Positions 18,729 through 28,049 of a stretch of 64,000 bases of DNA are shown here, one piece after another. This stretch comes from a virus. Within the stretch, counting starts at the first letter, position 1. Every line of letters starts with the position of its first letter. The stretch covers positions 1 to 64,000 of the IMG/VR virus record IMGVR_UViG_3300020445_001256; one strand, given 5' to 3'. The position numbers and the translations under genes are program-made. The notes beneath the pieces are model-generated. The model ran no database searches, had not been told where the DNA came from, and saw nothing but the letters and a program-made list of their open reading frames with translations.

Positions 18729-19241
18729 ATGATTACATCATGGTTTGCGAAAGCAATCTACTTTGAACCGAATTTACTACTAGAAAAACTACCTGACTAC
18801 GAAAGAAATATCAAGCAAGCACTTGAGAAGGTAGGAACTATTCGTACTGATATTCTGAATGTAGATTCTACATGCGGTATTAGAAAGAATTTATTTGAAG
18901 TGGTTGAACTTGATGGTTTAAGACCATTAATATTTGACCATTCACAAGCATTTGCAAGACAAGTTGGATATAAAGAAGATATTACATTTAAAAATATTTG
19001 GACTGAAATAAGTAAGAAAGGAGATTATACATTTCCTAGAAGTTTTCCTAGATCTGTTGTATCTGGGATTTTTTGTGTCAAAGCATGTATGGATGATTCT
19101 ATTAAATTTTTCCAAGGTGATAATTTTCAAGAGGTTAAACTGTTTACTGGATCAATTATATTATTCCCTAGTGATGTTAAATATGGTATGACATCACAAT
19201 TAGGTGATGAAAATATTCTCATACATTTTACGTTAGCATGA
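18729..19241 (+). CDS. Degenerate 2OG-Fe(II) oxygenase-like protein (Fe ligands lost)
   Basis: TIGR02466-like scaffold 'W....KGD..P...SVVSGIF...GSIILFPS', but HxH reads RSF and the distal His reads Tyr. Confidence 0.6.
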   Translation: MITSWFAKAIYFEPNLLLEKLPDYERNIKQALEKVGTIRTDILNVDSTCGIRKNLFEVVELDGLRPLIFDHSQAFARQVGYKEDITFKNIWTEISKKGDYTFPRSFPRSVVSGIFCVKACMDDSIKFFQGDNFQEVKLFTGSIILFPSDVKYGMTSQLGDENILIHFTLA

Positions 19242-19849
19242 AAGAGCATATAATACCATCTAATAGTTTTATTGCTGGATGGTATATTGAAGATAACGTT
19301 TGTGATGGATTGATCTCGTACTTTAATGACAGTCCAGATCAAGGACCAGGACAAGTTGGGCAAGGAATTAATGAAGAGTATAAAGTTTCAACTGATGTAG
19401 CAGTTATACCAAGGGTTAAGGATGAGAGGATACAAATATATCTTGACAGGTTAGGAAAAGTATGCGATAATTATACCGAACGTTATCCTTGGAGTTCTAC
19501 TAATCACAGTTCTTGGGGTTTAAATACCAATTTTAATATACAAAAGTATAAACCTGATGAAGGATTTTTTGGTTGGCATACTGAAAGATCAACTTATAAA
19601 AATTTAGTAGGAACTAGACATCTAACATTTATGACATATCTAAATGATGTAACTGATGGTGGTGAAACTGAATGGTATCATCAAGGTCTAAAGATACAAC
19701 CACAAAAAGGATTAACTGTCATTTGGCCCTGTGATTGGACACATACACATAGAGGTATACCATCACCAACTCAAGTTAAGTATATAACTACAGGGTGGTA
19801 TACTTATAAGGTACCAGGATTTGATTACACAGAGTTTAATGGAGGTTAA
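19238..19849 (+). CDS. 2OG-Fe(II) oxygenase (prolyl-hydroxylase-like)
   Basis: WHTE..MTYLNDV..GGET..WP..WTHTHRG..KY. Confidence 0.85.
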   Translation: MKEHIIPSNSFIAGWYIEDNVCDGLISYFNDSPDQGPGQVGQGINEEYKVSTDVAVIPRVKDERIQIYLDRLGKVCDNYTERYPWSSTNHSSWGLNTNFNIQKYKPDEGFFGWHTERSTYKNLVGTRHLTFMTYLNDVTDGGETEWYHQGLKIQPQKGLTVIWPCDWTHTHRGIPSPTQVKYITTGWYTYKVPGFDYTEFNGG

Positions 19850-20467
19850 ATGAACTTAAATTACACTTATTGGTATTTTCAAGGTATTATAAAACCTGAG
19901 ATATGTGATCGTATTATTAATATAGGAAAGGATCTTAATATTAGACAAGGTGAAGTTAATAGAGCAGATACTAAGGGAACAGACAACTATACTGAAGAGG
20001 AGATGAATGATCTCTTAAAGGTTAGAAATTCACATATTTCATGGATAGATGAACCTTGGGTTCATAATTTAATTAAACCACTCATTCAACAAGCAAATGA
20101 GTCAGCAGGTTGGAATTTTCAGTGGGATTATACTGAGAATATGCAGTTTACCATTTATAATGAAGGACAGTTTTATGAATGGCATCCAGACCAACATCAT
20201 TATGTGTACGGTGATGATGAACATGAAAATATGAAGGGTAAGTATAGGAAACTATCATCTACATTACTATTAAATGATCCTAATGAGTTTGAAGGTGGTG
20301 ATCTTGAATTCCATTATAATAGGAAAGATCAATGTATTGCTAAAGAATTGAATACACAAGGATCATTAGTTGTATTCCCATCATTTGTATATCATAGAGT
20401 ACTACCTGTTACTAAAGGAACAAGGTATTCTCTTGTTAGTTGGAATTTAGGAGATCCATTCAGATGA
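19850..20467 (+). CDS. 2OG-Fe(II) oxygenase (PKHD/P4H-like)
   Basis: WHPD..RKLS..FEGGDL..VFPSFVYHRV.PVTKGTRYSLV.W. Confidence 0.9.
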   Translation: MNLNYTYWYFQGIIKPEICDRIINIGKDLNIRQGEVNRADTKGTDNYTEEEMNDLLKVRNSHISWIDEPWVHNLIKPLIQQANESAGWNFQWDYTENMQFTIYNEGQFYEWHPDQHHYVYGDDEHENMKGKYRKLSSTLLLNDPNEFEGGDLEFHYNRKDQCIAKELNTQGSLVVFPSFVYHRVLPVTKGTRYSLVSWNLGDPFR

Positions 20468-20982
20468 TTTATATCTCACAAGTTGTAATACCATGTGAAG
20501 AAGAGATTATTCAGTTCTTTAAGGATAATCTTCTTAAAACATATGTCTGGGATGAAACAAGAGTTCTTAGTATGGATAGAGGTGGTATTGGAGTTAAGAC
20601 AGAATGTGATACTTATAAAAAGATATATGAATTAGTAAAAGATGTTAAGAGGAGAGTATACCATGACAATAGATTTTCTGTACTGCAGAATGTAGAGATA
20701 GTTAAGTATCCTTGTGGTGCATGTAAGGGATTTCATCACGATAGGGCAAGACCTACAACAACTGGTGCATCAATTACATATATCAATGATGATTATATTG
20801 GTGGGCATACTATAGTTGAAGGTGTAGATGTTCAACCATTATCAGGTAGGACAGTATATTTTGATGGAATGGAATTTAGACATGGGGTAAGTAATGTTTT
20901 GAAACGGGATAGATATACTATATCAATGTGGTATGGTAAAGATAAATCTATGCCACTCAATGATGAATTTCTGGAGATTTAA
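20464..20982 (+). CDS. 2OG-Fe(II) oxygenase
   Basis: FHHD..YINDDY.GG.T..RHGV..RYT; ATGA overlap at 20464. Confidence 0.85.
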   Translation: MIYISQVVIPCEEEIIQFFKDNLLKTYVWDETRVLSMDRGGIGVKTECDTYKKIYELVKDVKRRVYHDNRFSVLQNVEIVKYPCGACKGFHHDRARPTTTGASITYINDDYIGGHTIVEGVDVQPLSGRTVYFDGMEFRHGVSNVLKRDRYTISMWYGKDKSMPLNDEFLEI

Positions 20983-20984
20983 CA

Positions 20985-21461
20985 ATGGAATGTGTAAATG
21001 ACTTCTTAGATAAGGAATTATTTAAGAAAATACAAGATGATATTTTTGATAAGGATTCAACTCCTTGGTTTTGTATACCAGATATATCTGGTGAGGGTAA
21101 AGAAAAGGATGCTTACTTCTGCCATATGCTTTACGACCAAGAGAGACCATGTAGTAATAAGTATTGGATTGCTGAAGCATTGAAGTTTGTTATTAATGCA
21201 AGATCATTAATTAGAGTAAAGGTAAATCTATATCCTAGAACAGATACTTTAGTTCATCATACACCACATACTGATTATGATTTCGATCATAAAGCAGCAG
21301 TATTATCTCTGAATACATGTGATGGACATACTAGCATTAAAGGTATGAAAGTGGAATCAAGAGCAAATAGAATAGTATTCTTTAATCCTCAAGATCCTCA
21401 TAATAGTACTAATTGCACTGACCAACAATTTAGAGCAAATATTAATATTAATTATTTCTAA
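20985..21461 (+). CDS. 2OG-Fe(II) oxygenase-like protein
   Basis: PHTD..LNTCDG.T..NRIVFF..PHNST..RANININYF. Confidence 0.8.
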   Translation: MECVNDFLDKELFKKIQDDIFDKDSTPWFCIPDISGEGKEKDAYFCHMLYDQERPCSNKYWIAEALKFVINARSLIRVKVNLYPRTDTLVHHTPHTDYDFDHKAAVLSLNTCDGHTSIKGMKVESRANRIVFFNPQDPHNSTNCTDQQFRANININYF

Positions 21462-21823
21462 TGCAATTAATTAATCCCAGAGAATTATATACATTTAAAC
21501 AGTTCTTTGATACTGATATTGAAAAGGTATCATTGACAGATATGGCAGTATCTATTCAGAATATATTGAAAGATGAGTTTGGGATTGCATGTGAATTAGA
21601 ACATGCTAGTGAAATATTTGATTGTGAGATAGAGGCACACAATGATTTTGTATCATGTGTATGTCAAGAGACAGGTAATTTATATCATTACTGTCTTGAA
21701 GTTGTTAATCGTGAAGGTAAATTTAAATTTGATTTAAGACCAAAGAAGATGAGGTTCTTTAGAGCATACGTCTTTAGATGGTCTAATACTATGGAAATAG
21801 ATAATGTCAAATATATTTTTTGA
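21461..21823 (+). CDS. Hypothetical protein inside the oxygenase cluster
   Basis: Translationally coupled to both neighbours; no motif recognised. Confidence 0.65.
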   Translation: MQLINPRELYTFKQFFDTDIEKVSLTDMAVSIQNILKDEFGIACELEHASEIFDCEIEAHNDFVSCVCQETGNLYHYCLEVVNREGKFKFDLRPKKMRFFRAYVFRWSNTMEIDNVKYIF

Positions 21824-22412
21824 TACACCTTCTGGGTTACCAGTTATATTAATACCTAATTTTTACTCAGATATAGAATTGAGTTCAATATTTGATGAGT
21901 TGAGATTTTTATCATCTATTGATAGATTTAAAGATCCAACAGATCCAGATGGACCTGGTACTGCAATAGCAAATGGTGTAGTATTAAAATCTGGTAAAGG
22001 TATGCACTTAGATGTTGTATATAAGGATCGATCTGAGTCTGACATATTAAAACTAAATCGTAAGTTGTTTAAGAAAGAGACTACTGATTTATTAGAGTGT
22101 TATCATTCTATGTTTAGATATGTAAGAAGATCTAATTCAGATAATACTAAACTACATTATTATACTAATGGTGATTACTATAAATCACATGTAGATGATT
22201 GTGTTATAACAGCAATTACTTTCTTCTATGAAGAACCAAAAGGATATACTGGTGGTGATTTAATATTAGAACATAGACTTAGAATACCTTGTCTAAATAA
22301 TTCGCTGGTGGTATTTCCATCAATTATGTGGCATGAAGTCACACCCATAGTTATGAAAGACTTTAATCCTGGTATGGGTAGATACTCAATGAGTCAATTC
22401 TTGGCAATGTAA
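21804..22412 (+). CDS. 2OG-Fe(II) oxygenase
   Basis: YKSHVD..GGDL..VFPS..WHEV.P..GRYS. Confidence 0.87.
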   Translation: MSNIFFDTPSGLPVILIPNFYSDIELSSIFDELRFLSSIDRFKDPTDPDGPGTAIANGVVLKSGKGMHLDVVYKDRSESDILKLNRKLFKKETTDLLECYHSMFRYVRRSNSDNTKLHYYTNGDYYKSHVDDCVITAITFFYEEPKGYTGGDLILEHRLRIPCLNNSLVVFPSIMWHEVTPIVMKDFNPGMGRYSMSQFLAM

Positions 22413-22414
22413 TT

Positions 22415-23056
22415 ATGCAAATTATTAACTTTGAAAATGAAGAACCTAAGACAAGGTTTGCACCTATATTTAATTTTAACATCTATGAGAATAATGTAGA
22501 TGTAAGGAATATTAAGGATATAATATTATCAAAAGAACAAGAGATTATAAACACTAATCCATATACAAGTGATTGGAATACTGGATTAGGATGTAATAGT
22601 ATGACTTCTAGATCTAATTGTTATAATGTACTTAAATGGAAAGAAGCATATTTTTTAAAAGAAGTAATAAGATCATCACATGATAATTTTATAACAACTC
22701 TTGGATATGATTGGGAAGATAAAATATATGTTCAATGTTGGGCAAATGTTATGAGAAAAGGTGAGAAGATAAAACAACATCAACATTGGACAAGTGAATA
22801 CACATATCTTGGTGGACATATACAATTAGATGATATAGAAACTAGTACTCATTATGTAAATCCATATAATCAAAAGTTATATTCATCCTCAAATGATAAA
22901 GGTAAGGTAACACTATTTCCTAATTGGTTGGAACATTATACTGACACATATGATGGTAATGATTTTAGAGTATCAATAGCATTTGACATTATTACTGAGA
23001 TAGTATATAATGAGGACATTTACGAGGATAGAAAGGAACACTGGGTTCAATTATGA
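22415..23056 (+). CDS. 2OG-Fe(II) oxygenase (HxH type)
   Basis: WANV..QHQH..LFPNWLEHYT..RVSIAFD. Confidence 0.82.
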   Translation: MQIINFENEEPKTRFAPIFNFNIYENNVDVRNIKDIILSKEQEIINTNPYTSDWNTGLGCNSMTSRSNCYNVLKWKEAYFLKEVIRSSHDNFITTLGYDWEDKIYVQCWANVMRKGEKIKQHQHWTSEYTYLGGHIQLDDIETSTHYVNPYNQKLYSSSNDKGKVTLFPNWLEHYTDTYDGNDFRVSIAFDIITEIVYNEDIYEDRKEHWVQL

Positions 23057-23763
23057 AACTCGAATATATTCGAGATGTAATTGATAATGTAATAGGTGAT
23101 ATACCTTTCATATATGATCTGTCAGTAACTACACCACCACCTGAATTAGTTACACAAAGAGCACAAGATCATTTTAATAGAGGTAAACCAGAATCATTAA
23201 ATCAGACTTACCAATTAGATAATACTTGTAAGTCTGTTATTGTATGGAATGTTTTTAGTCGTGTTGCATATGATTACCACTATAAGAATAACTTCTTACC
23301 AGAGATCATTAGACGATTAAATACAATATATGATTATAATTTTGGGTATGATGATTACCTATTAAATAGAAAACAGTTTGCTATTAGATCAGGTGCAGCA
23401 ACATTAGCAAAAACATCATTAGCATTTCATAAAAGATTTGGAATGAATTATAAGATTGATCTAATCTTTACTGATGCTAAATTTGATGATACTATTGTTA
23501 TTGATGGTGAACCTCACTATAGTAATTGTATTGGGTGTGATGCACCTTGCGAATATAAATGTCCTATGGGATGTACAATGAACTTTGATCTTGTTGATTG
23601 GGAGAAGTGTTCTAATTTTGTAGATGTTCCTGAAGCATTTAAAGATCTTGATAGTATTTGTAGGATATGTCAAGACAGTTGCCCTTATTCACAGGAGTTG
23701 ACTAAAAGAATCCTCGAAATTAACCCTCGTTACGGAGAACGTATTCATGCCACATTTACATAG
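23053..23763 (+). CDS. QueG (epoxyqueuosine reductase)/RdhA-like double [4Fe-4S] protein
   Basis: 'KQFAIRSGAATLAKTSLAFHKRFG..LIFTD' parallels the QueG/RdhA 'A.rAGlG.iGKn....fG...lTd' segment, followed by CxxCxxxCxxxCP, DWEKC and CRICQDSCPY. Confidence 0.65.
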   Translation: MKLEYIRDVIDNVIGDIPFIYDLSVTTPPPELVTQRAQDHFNRGKPESLNQTYQLDNTCKSVIVWNVFSRVAYDYHYKNNFLPEIIRRLNTIYDYNFGYDDYLLNRKQFAIRSGAATLAKTSLAFHKRFGMNYKIDLIFTDAKFDDTIVIDGEPHYSNCIGCDAPCEYKCPMGCTMNFDLVDWEKCSNFVDVPEAFKDLDSICRICQDSCPYSQELTKRILEINPRYGERIHATFT

Positions 23764-24400
23764 ATGGAATCAACCTAAAGGTAATAATCCATTTGCACCT
23801 GAATTTGATATATCTTTATGGGTTGATGAATTACCTGATGTTTTAATTGATGAGTTATTAGGTTTAGTTAAGAAACATGAGGAAGAAGGATTATTTGATA
23901 ATGATAGATGGGAACATTATAATATATTTCAATGGGAAGGGTTTGCTGTAAAAGAATTACAAGAGATGATACTAACATCTTATGAAGCATTTTGTAATTC
24001 TCTACACATAGAGAAAGAAGAAAGAATATGGGTTAGAGGTTGGGTATATCCTCAGAAACCAGAGATAAAAGTTAAACGAAGAATGAATATAGGTAGACAC
24101 CAACACGCAATGCACGAGAACGCATTTCTAAGTGGTGTGTTAAATATGCAGGATCATTTTATTGGTACTGATTATGATATACCTTATGTTGGATGGACAG
24201 GTATAGGTAGTAAGAAAGGTAGATTAACACTTGCACCATCATCATTACCTCATGCAGTTAAAGCATTAAGATATGAAGATACTGATAGATATACTATTGC
24301 ATTTGATTTAATAACACAGAAAGGAATGGATCATTTCTGGTTCTCTAAGTTAGATAGAGATACATCAAAAGATCCTTTGAATTTAGCGATTGAGTTGTGA
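23747..24400 (+). CDS. 2OG-Fe(II) oxygenase (HxH type)
   Basis: RHQH..FLSG..PSSLPHAV..RYTIAFD. Confidence 0.78.
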   Translation: MPHLHRWNQPKGNNPFAPEFDISLWVDELPDVLIDELLGLVKKHEEEGLFDNDRWEHYNIFQWEGFAVKELQEMILTSYEAFCNSLHIEKEERIWVRGWVYPQKPEIKVKRRMNIGRHQHAMHENAFLSGVLNMQDHFIGTDYDIPYVGWTGIGSKKGRLTLAPSSLPHAVKALRYEDTDRYTIAFDLITQKGMDHFWFSKLDRDTSKDPLNLAIEL

Positions 24401-25017
24401 ACACACAGTTATTAGATAATGGATTCTTATTAGTTAAGAACTTTGTTCATGTTGACTTAGCAAATAGTCTGTATCGTGAGTTAGTTGATACTGGTCAGAC
24501 TAGATTGCATTTCTTAGACAATGAATTTCATGGACCTTGTTATAACTATCAGTCACCAAAAGCATCACAAGAGTTATTATTCTATCTCTTACATAACATG
24601 GTAGATATAGTTGGAGAATCATTATTTCCAACTTATTCATACATGAGATTATATAAACATAATGCTTTTTTAAATCCTCATACAGATAGACCTGCATGTG
24701 AGGTATCATTAACTGTACATCTAGGATCAGATAAAGAGTGGGAGTTTGGTATAAGAAACTATCGTAATAATAATGAGTTTAATGTAGTATTAGATCAAGG
24801 AGATGCAGTGATATATCTGGGATGTGTAGCACCACACTGGAGAAATGGTAAGTATAGTGGTGAGAATTTTGCACAGTGTTTCTTACATTACGTTAGAAGT
24901 AGAGGTCCAATGTCGTGGTGTATTAATGATATTAATAGATCATTACCAGAGGGTGATTGGGAGGATGAATTGAAGAAGGAGTATGACAATATACTAGGTG
25001 GCACACAACCGTCCTAA
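24397..25017 (+). CDS. 2OG-Fe(II) oxygenase
   Basis: PTYSY.R.Y..PHTDRPACEVS..GDAVIYLG..PHWR..Q.FLHYV. Confidence 0.82.
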   Translation: MNTQLLDNGFLLVKNFVHVDLANSLYRELVDTGQTRLHFLDNEFHGPCYNYQSPKASQELLFYLLHNMVDIVGESLFPTYSYMRLYKHNAFLNPHTDRPACEVSLTVHLGSDKEWEFGIRNYRNNNEFNVVLDQGDAVIYLGCVAPHWRNGKYSGENFAQCFLHYVRSRGPMSWCINDINRSLPEGDWEDELKKEYDNILGGTQPS

Positions 25018-25039
25018 TCCCTAAAAATTGTGATAGACT
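24983..25039 (+). promoter_or_regulatory. 7-8-7 motif plus -10 box
   Basis: ATGACAA-N8-GTGGCAC, then TAGACT 29 nt downstream. Confidence 0.55.
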
Positions 25040-25060
25040 ACATGGGTCACAGTAATTATC

Positions 25061-25315
25061 ATGCCATCTTTTACACTAACATGCACAGATGAAGACTCTA
25101 CGGTAACAACTAAGGAGTTTAAGTCTGCATACCTACAAGAAGTTGTAGAAAAAACAGGAGACTTCCTTAGAGGAGTTGGATACTATTTTGATGATTTAAC
25201 TATCGTTAAAGTAGATGAGGAGACTATTGAAGATGATGATGAATCTTATGAGGAGTATGATCCTATTACAAGTACACATTCTATCATTGATCCGTCATAC
25301 CTTAATAAAGACTAA
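25061..25315 (+). CDS. Hypothetical acidic protein
   Basis: ORF directly downstream of the promoter. Confidence 0.7.
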   Translation: MPSFTLTCTDEDSTVTTKEFKSAYLQEVVEKTGDFLRGVGYYFDDLTIVKVDEETIEDDDESYEEYDPITSTHSIIDPSYLNKD

Positions 25316-25321
25316 AGATCT

Positions 25322-25363
25322 ATAGGGGATTCGTTGACAGAAATGAGTCCCCTATGCTAATAT
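25322..25363 (+). promoter_or_regulatory. Sigma70 promoter whose -35 sits in a stem-loop
   Basis: ATAGGGGATTC / GAGTCCCCTAT arms enclose TTGACA (25334); TGnTAATAT follows. Confidence 0.6.
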
Positions 25364-25398
25364 ATACAGATGTAGTTCAGTAATACTGAAGAGTATCA

Positions 25399-25590
25399 AT
25401 GGGTAAGACTTTTCGCCGAGGTGGTAACGAACGAGGTTACTATTCTCCAGGAAAATCATTACGGGACAAGCGTCAAAAAGGAACAAATCGCACATCTAAA
25501 TGGGAGGAATCTTATGACTACAATCAACCCAAAGGACATAATCACCCTAAAAAAAGAGCAACCAACACCGAGGAATTCGGTGATGTTTGA
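25399..25590 (+). CDS. Small basic protein (MGKTFRR family)
   Basis: Basic N-terminus; follows the promoter. Confidence 0.6.
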   Translation: MGKTFRRGGNERGYYSPGKSLRDKRQKGTNRTSKWEESYDYNQPKGHNHPKKRATNTEEFGDV

Positions 25591-25674
25591 AGATGATGGG
25601 TTAGATTATGAAGATCAGATGTATGATGACGCTTCATTTGATGGAGTAGAAATTGAGTACACAGCAACATACTA

Positions 25675-25869
25675 ATGAAAGACCAAGGATCAATAGCAGA
25701 TAACGAGTCCAAAGACCAGAAATGGAACCGAGGACTTGATATTTGTATCGAATCAATCCATAAAGCAGATCCCGCTTTGCGTGGATGTGCTCATAATCAG
25801 AAGTGTTTCCATGAAATGATGGAAATACGTGATAAAATACTAGAGTATACACATTCGTTGAGGAGATGA
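25675..25869 (+). CDS. Hypothetical protein
   Basis: Coupled ORF (TAATG). Confidence 0.65.
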   Translation: MKDQGSIADNESKDQKWNRGLDICIESIHKADPALRGCAHNQKCFHEMMEIRDKILEYTHSLRR

Positions 25870-26069
25870 TTGGTCTTTACTCTCAACTATTAAACAAGGA
25901 TCAAAAAATGATCGTAAAAGATGCTCTAATCATGTATGTCTGTCAATTACAGAAACAATACTTTAGAGACAATGTTATTCCTATGGAAGAGTATCAACGT
26001 AGGATGGCAGAAATAGACGATCTAACTGACAAATTACACCTTAAGGATCTTTATAAACATGACCGTTGA
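25866..26069 (+). CDS. Hypothetical protein
   Basis: ATGA overlap; GGAG SD. Confidence 0.65.
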   Translation: MIGLYSQLLNKDQKMIVKDALIMYVCQLQKQYFRDNVIPMEEYQRRMAEIDDLTDKLHLKDLYKHDR

Positions 26070-26703
26070 AATGTTTTCTCCTCGTTGGTATTATAAGGGT
26101 AAAATTACCTTAGAAAACCAACAGGAAATTGAACGTAGTTTTTCTGAGTTTATGGACTTAGAAAAGAACTTTATTAATCCTGATAACATTAATGGTGAAC
26201 TATTAACATCATATAGTTTACCAACTAATGATACAGCACCTTGGGAAAGGTGGTTAGAATTTATTAAACCATGTCTATCTGAACTGGTAGAAGAATTAAA
26301 ACCTAAGAGAGATATAGAAATAGTTCCTCAAGAGGCATGGATTAATCGTTATCAAAGAGGACACTATCAAGAGTATCATTGTCATTCTGTTCAGCATTGT
26401 AATCTTGCAGCAGTATATTTTTATAGATTAGAAGGTGGATGTACTAACTTCAAATTCTATAATAATCAACATGCAGCATATAAAGCATGTGGATTAGATG
26501 ATATGTTTGATATACCAACAGCAGCAACTATAACACCTAAAGTACAACAAGGTGATATAATTATATTCCCTGCACATTATCCTCATTTAGTATCACCTAA
26601 TAAGAGTGATTTTGAACGTGTAACATTTAGTGCAAACTTTGATGTCGTGCCAGCACGTAATCTGTCACATGGTGCAGTAGGAAAGGACTTAGATCTGATA
26701 TAA
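26059..26703 (+). CDS. 2OG-Fe(II) oxygenase (HxH type)
   Basis: WINRY..QEYHCH..GDIIIFP..PHLV.PN..RVTFSAN. Confidence 0.85.
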   Translation: MTVEMFSPRWYYKGKITLENQQEIERSFSEFMDLEKNFINPDNINGELLTSYSLPTNDTAPWERWLEFIKPCLSELVEELKPKRDIEIVPQEAWINRYQRGHYQEYHCHSVQHCNLAAVYFYRLEGGCTNFKFYNNQHAAYKACGLDDMFDIPTAATITPKVQQGDIIIFPAHYPHLVSPNKSDFERVTFSANFDVVPARNLSHGAVGKDLDLI

Positions 26704-26704
26704 T
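26647..26704 (+). promoter_or_regulatory. 7-8-7 motif plus -10 box
   Basis: GTGCCAG-N8-CTGTCAC, then TATAAT at 26699. Confidence 0.7.
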
Positions 26705-26726
26705 AGGATTGAGTTCAAAGATAGTT

Positions 26727-27191
26727 ATGAAATTGCGACCAACTAAGCAAGATGTGATCTTGAATCATACTTATACTTTCGAGTGTGATGCTACATTTGG
26801 TACACTATCTCAAGAGAGAGTTTATAAACTATTCACAGATGGTAGGAGAGCATCAGGATTCTTAGAATTACAATTAGAAGATTGGTTTGAAGGTCTTGAA
26901 TTTGTAGATGGTAAAGGATATGACCATATCAATCATTTGGTAGAGGGTCAACTGTATGATGCTAAATGTTTTACTAGACATGGTGCTAAATTCTGTCCTA
27001 GTGTTATGTTAGGTGCAGGTAGATCAGTTGATGAAGAGAAACTATGGGAACATGCTATGGATATGATTTATATCTTTACAGATGTAGTATCATTTCCTGA
27101 AGTAAGAGTTAGATTTGTTAAAGGATCTGATCTTACACAATATACAAACGGATCAATTCCATTCGGAGATCGTGATGATTTATTTGGATGA
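26727..27191 (+). CDS. Putative PD-(D/E)xK endonuclease
   Basis: 'GFLE....GYDH....LYDAKCF' resembles the E...D...(D/E)xK restriction-fold motif; overlaps the MTase gene. Confidence 0.45.
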   Translation: MKLRPTKQDVILNHTYTFECDATFGTLSQERVYKLFTDGRRASGFLELQLEDWFEGLEFVDGKGYDHINHLVEGQLYDAKCFTRHGAKFCPSVMLGAGRSVDEEKLWEHAMDMIYIFTDVVSFPEVRVRFVKGSDLTQYTNGSIPFGDRDDLFG

Positions 27192-27963
27192 TTGTATTGA
27201 TGGTATGAAACAATTAGCAGATCAATCTGTTGATGCTGTTGTTACATCACCACCTTATAATTTAAACATTAAGTATAACAAATACAATGATAAAAAACCA
27301 AGAGATAAGTATATCTCATGGATAGAAGATGTGTTTGTTGAATGTAAACGTGTACTGAAAGATAATGGTCACCTATTTGTTAATATGGGATACTCAAATG
27401 TAGATCCTACGATAGGGTTAGAGGTCATGTTTGCAATTAAAAATACATATAATTTACAAAATAATATAGTTTGGGTTAAGTCTATTCATGTAAATAACAA
27501 GACGAGTGGACATTTTAAACCTATCAATAGTAAACGCTATTTGTGTCCTACTTGGGAGAATTTGTTTCACTTTACCAAAGATGGTAATGTAGAAATAGAT
27601 AGACTATCTGTTGGTGTTAAGTATGAATATTATGAAGCAAATATTCGTGGTAATAATACGATTGAGAACAAACCTAATTTAAGGGACAAAGGTAATACTT
27701 GGTTCATACCATATGAGACTATTAATAGTAAAGAATTGCGTGGTAAACATCCTGCTACTTTTCCAGTTAAATTAGCAGAGGATTGTATTAAACTAACAGG
27801 CATAGATTGTGGTGTAGTTCTTGATCCTTTCATGGGAACAGGTAGTACTGGATTAGCAGCAAATAATTTAGGTTGGAGTTACATAGGGTATGAAATAGAT
27901 GAAGATTATGTTAAGTTTGCTGAAAATAGGATAAATGGAGGGTTGACTTCTATATTAAAATGA
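27175..27963 (+). CDS. N4-cytosine/N6-adenine DNA methyltransferase (beta class)
   Basis: VTSPPY motif IV precedes HPATFP and LDPFMGTGST motif I. Confidence 0.92.
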   Translation: MIYLDDCIDGMKQLADQSVDAVVTSPPYNLNIKYNKYNDKKPRDKYISWIEDVFVECKRVLKDNGHLFVNMGYSNVDPTIGLEVMFAIKNTYNLQNNIVWVKSIHVNNKTSGHFKPINSKRYLCPTWENLFHFTKDGNVEIDRLSVGVKYEYYEANIRGNNTIENKPNLRDKGNTWFIPYETINSKELRGKHPATFPVKLAEDCIKLTGIDCGVVLDPFMGTGSTGLAANNLGWSYIGYEIDEDYVKFAENRINGGLTSILK

Positions 27964-27971
27964 TATATAAT
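27943..27971 (+). promoter_or_regulatory. Sigma70 promoter
   Basis: TTGACT-17-TATAAT. Confidence 0.7.
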
Positions 27972-28049
27972 ACTACCAATGAGATTCGTGGAAGTTAAAC
28001 CAAACTGAAGCAATTTCAAAAGTTAAATCAAACTTATCGAGGACATATT

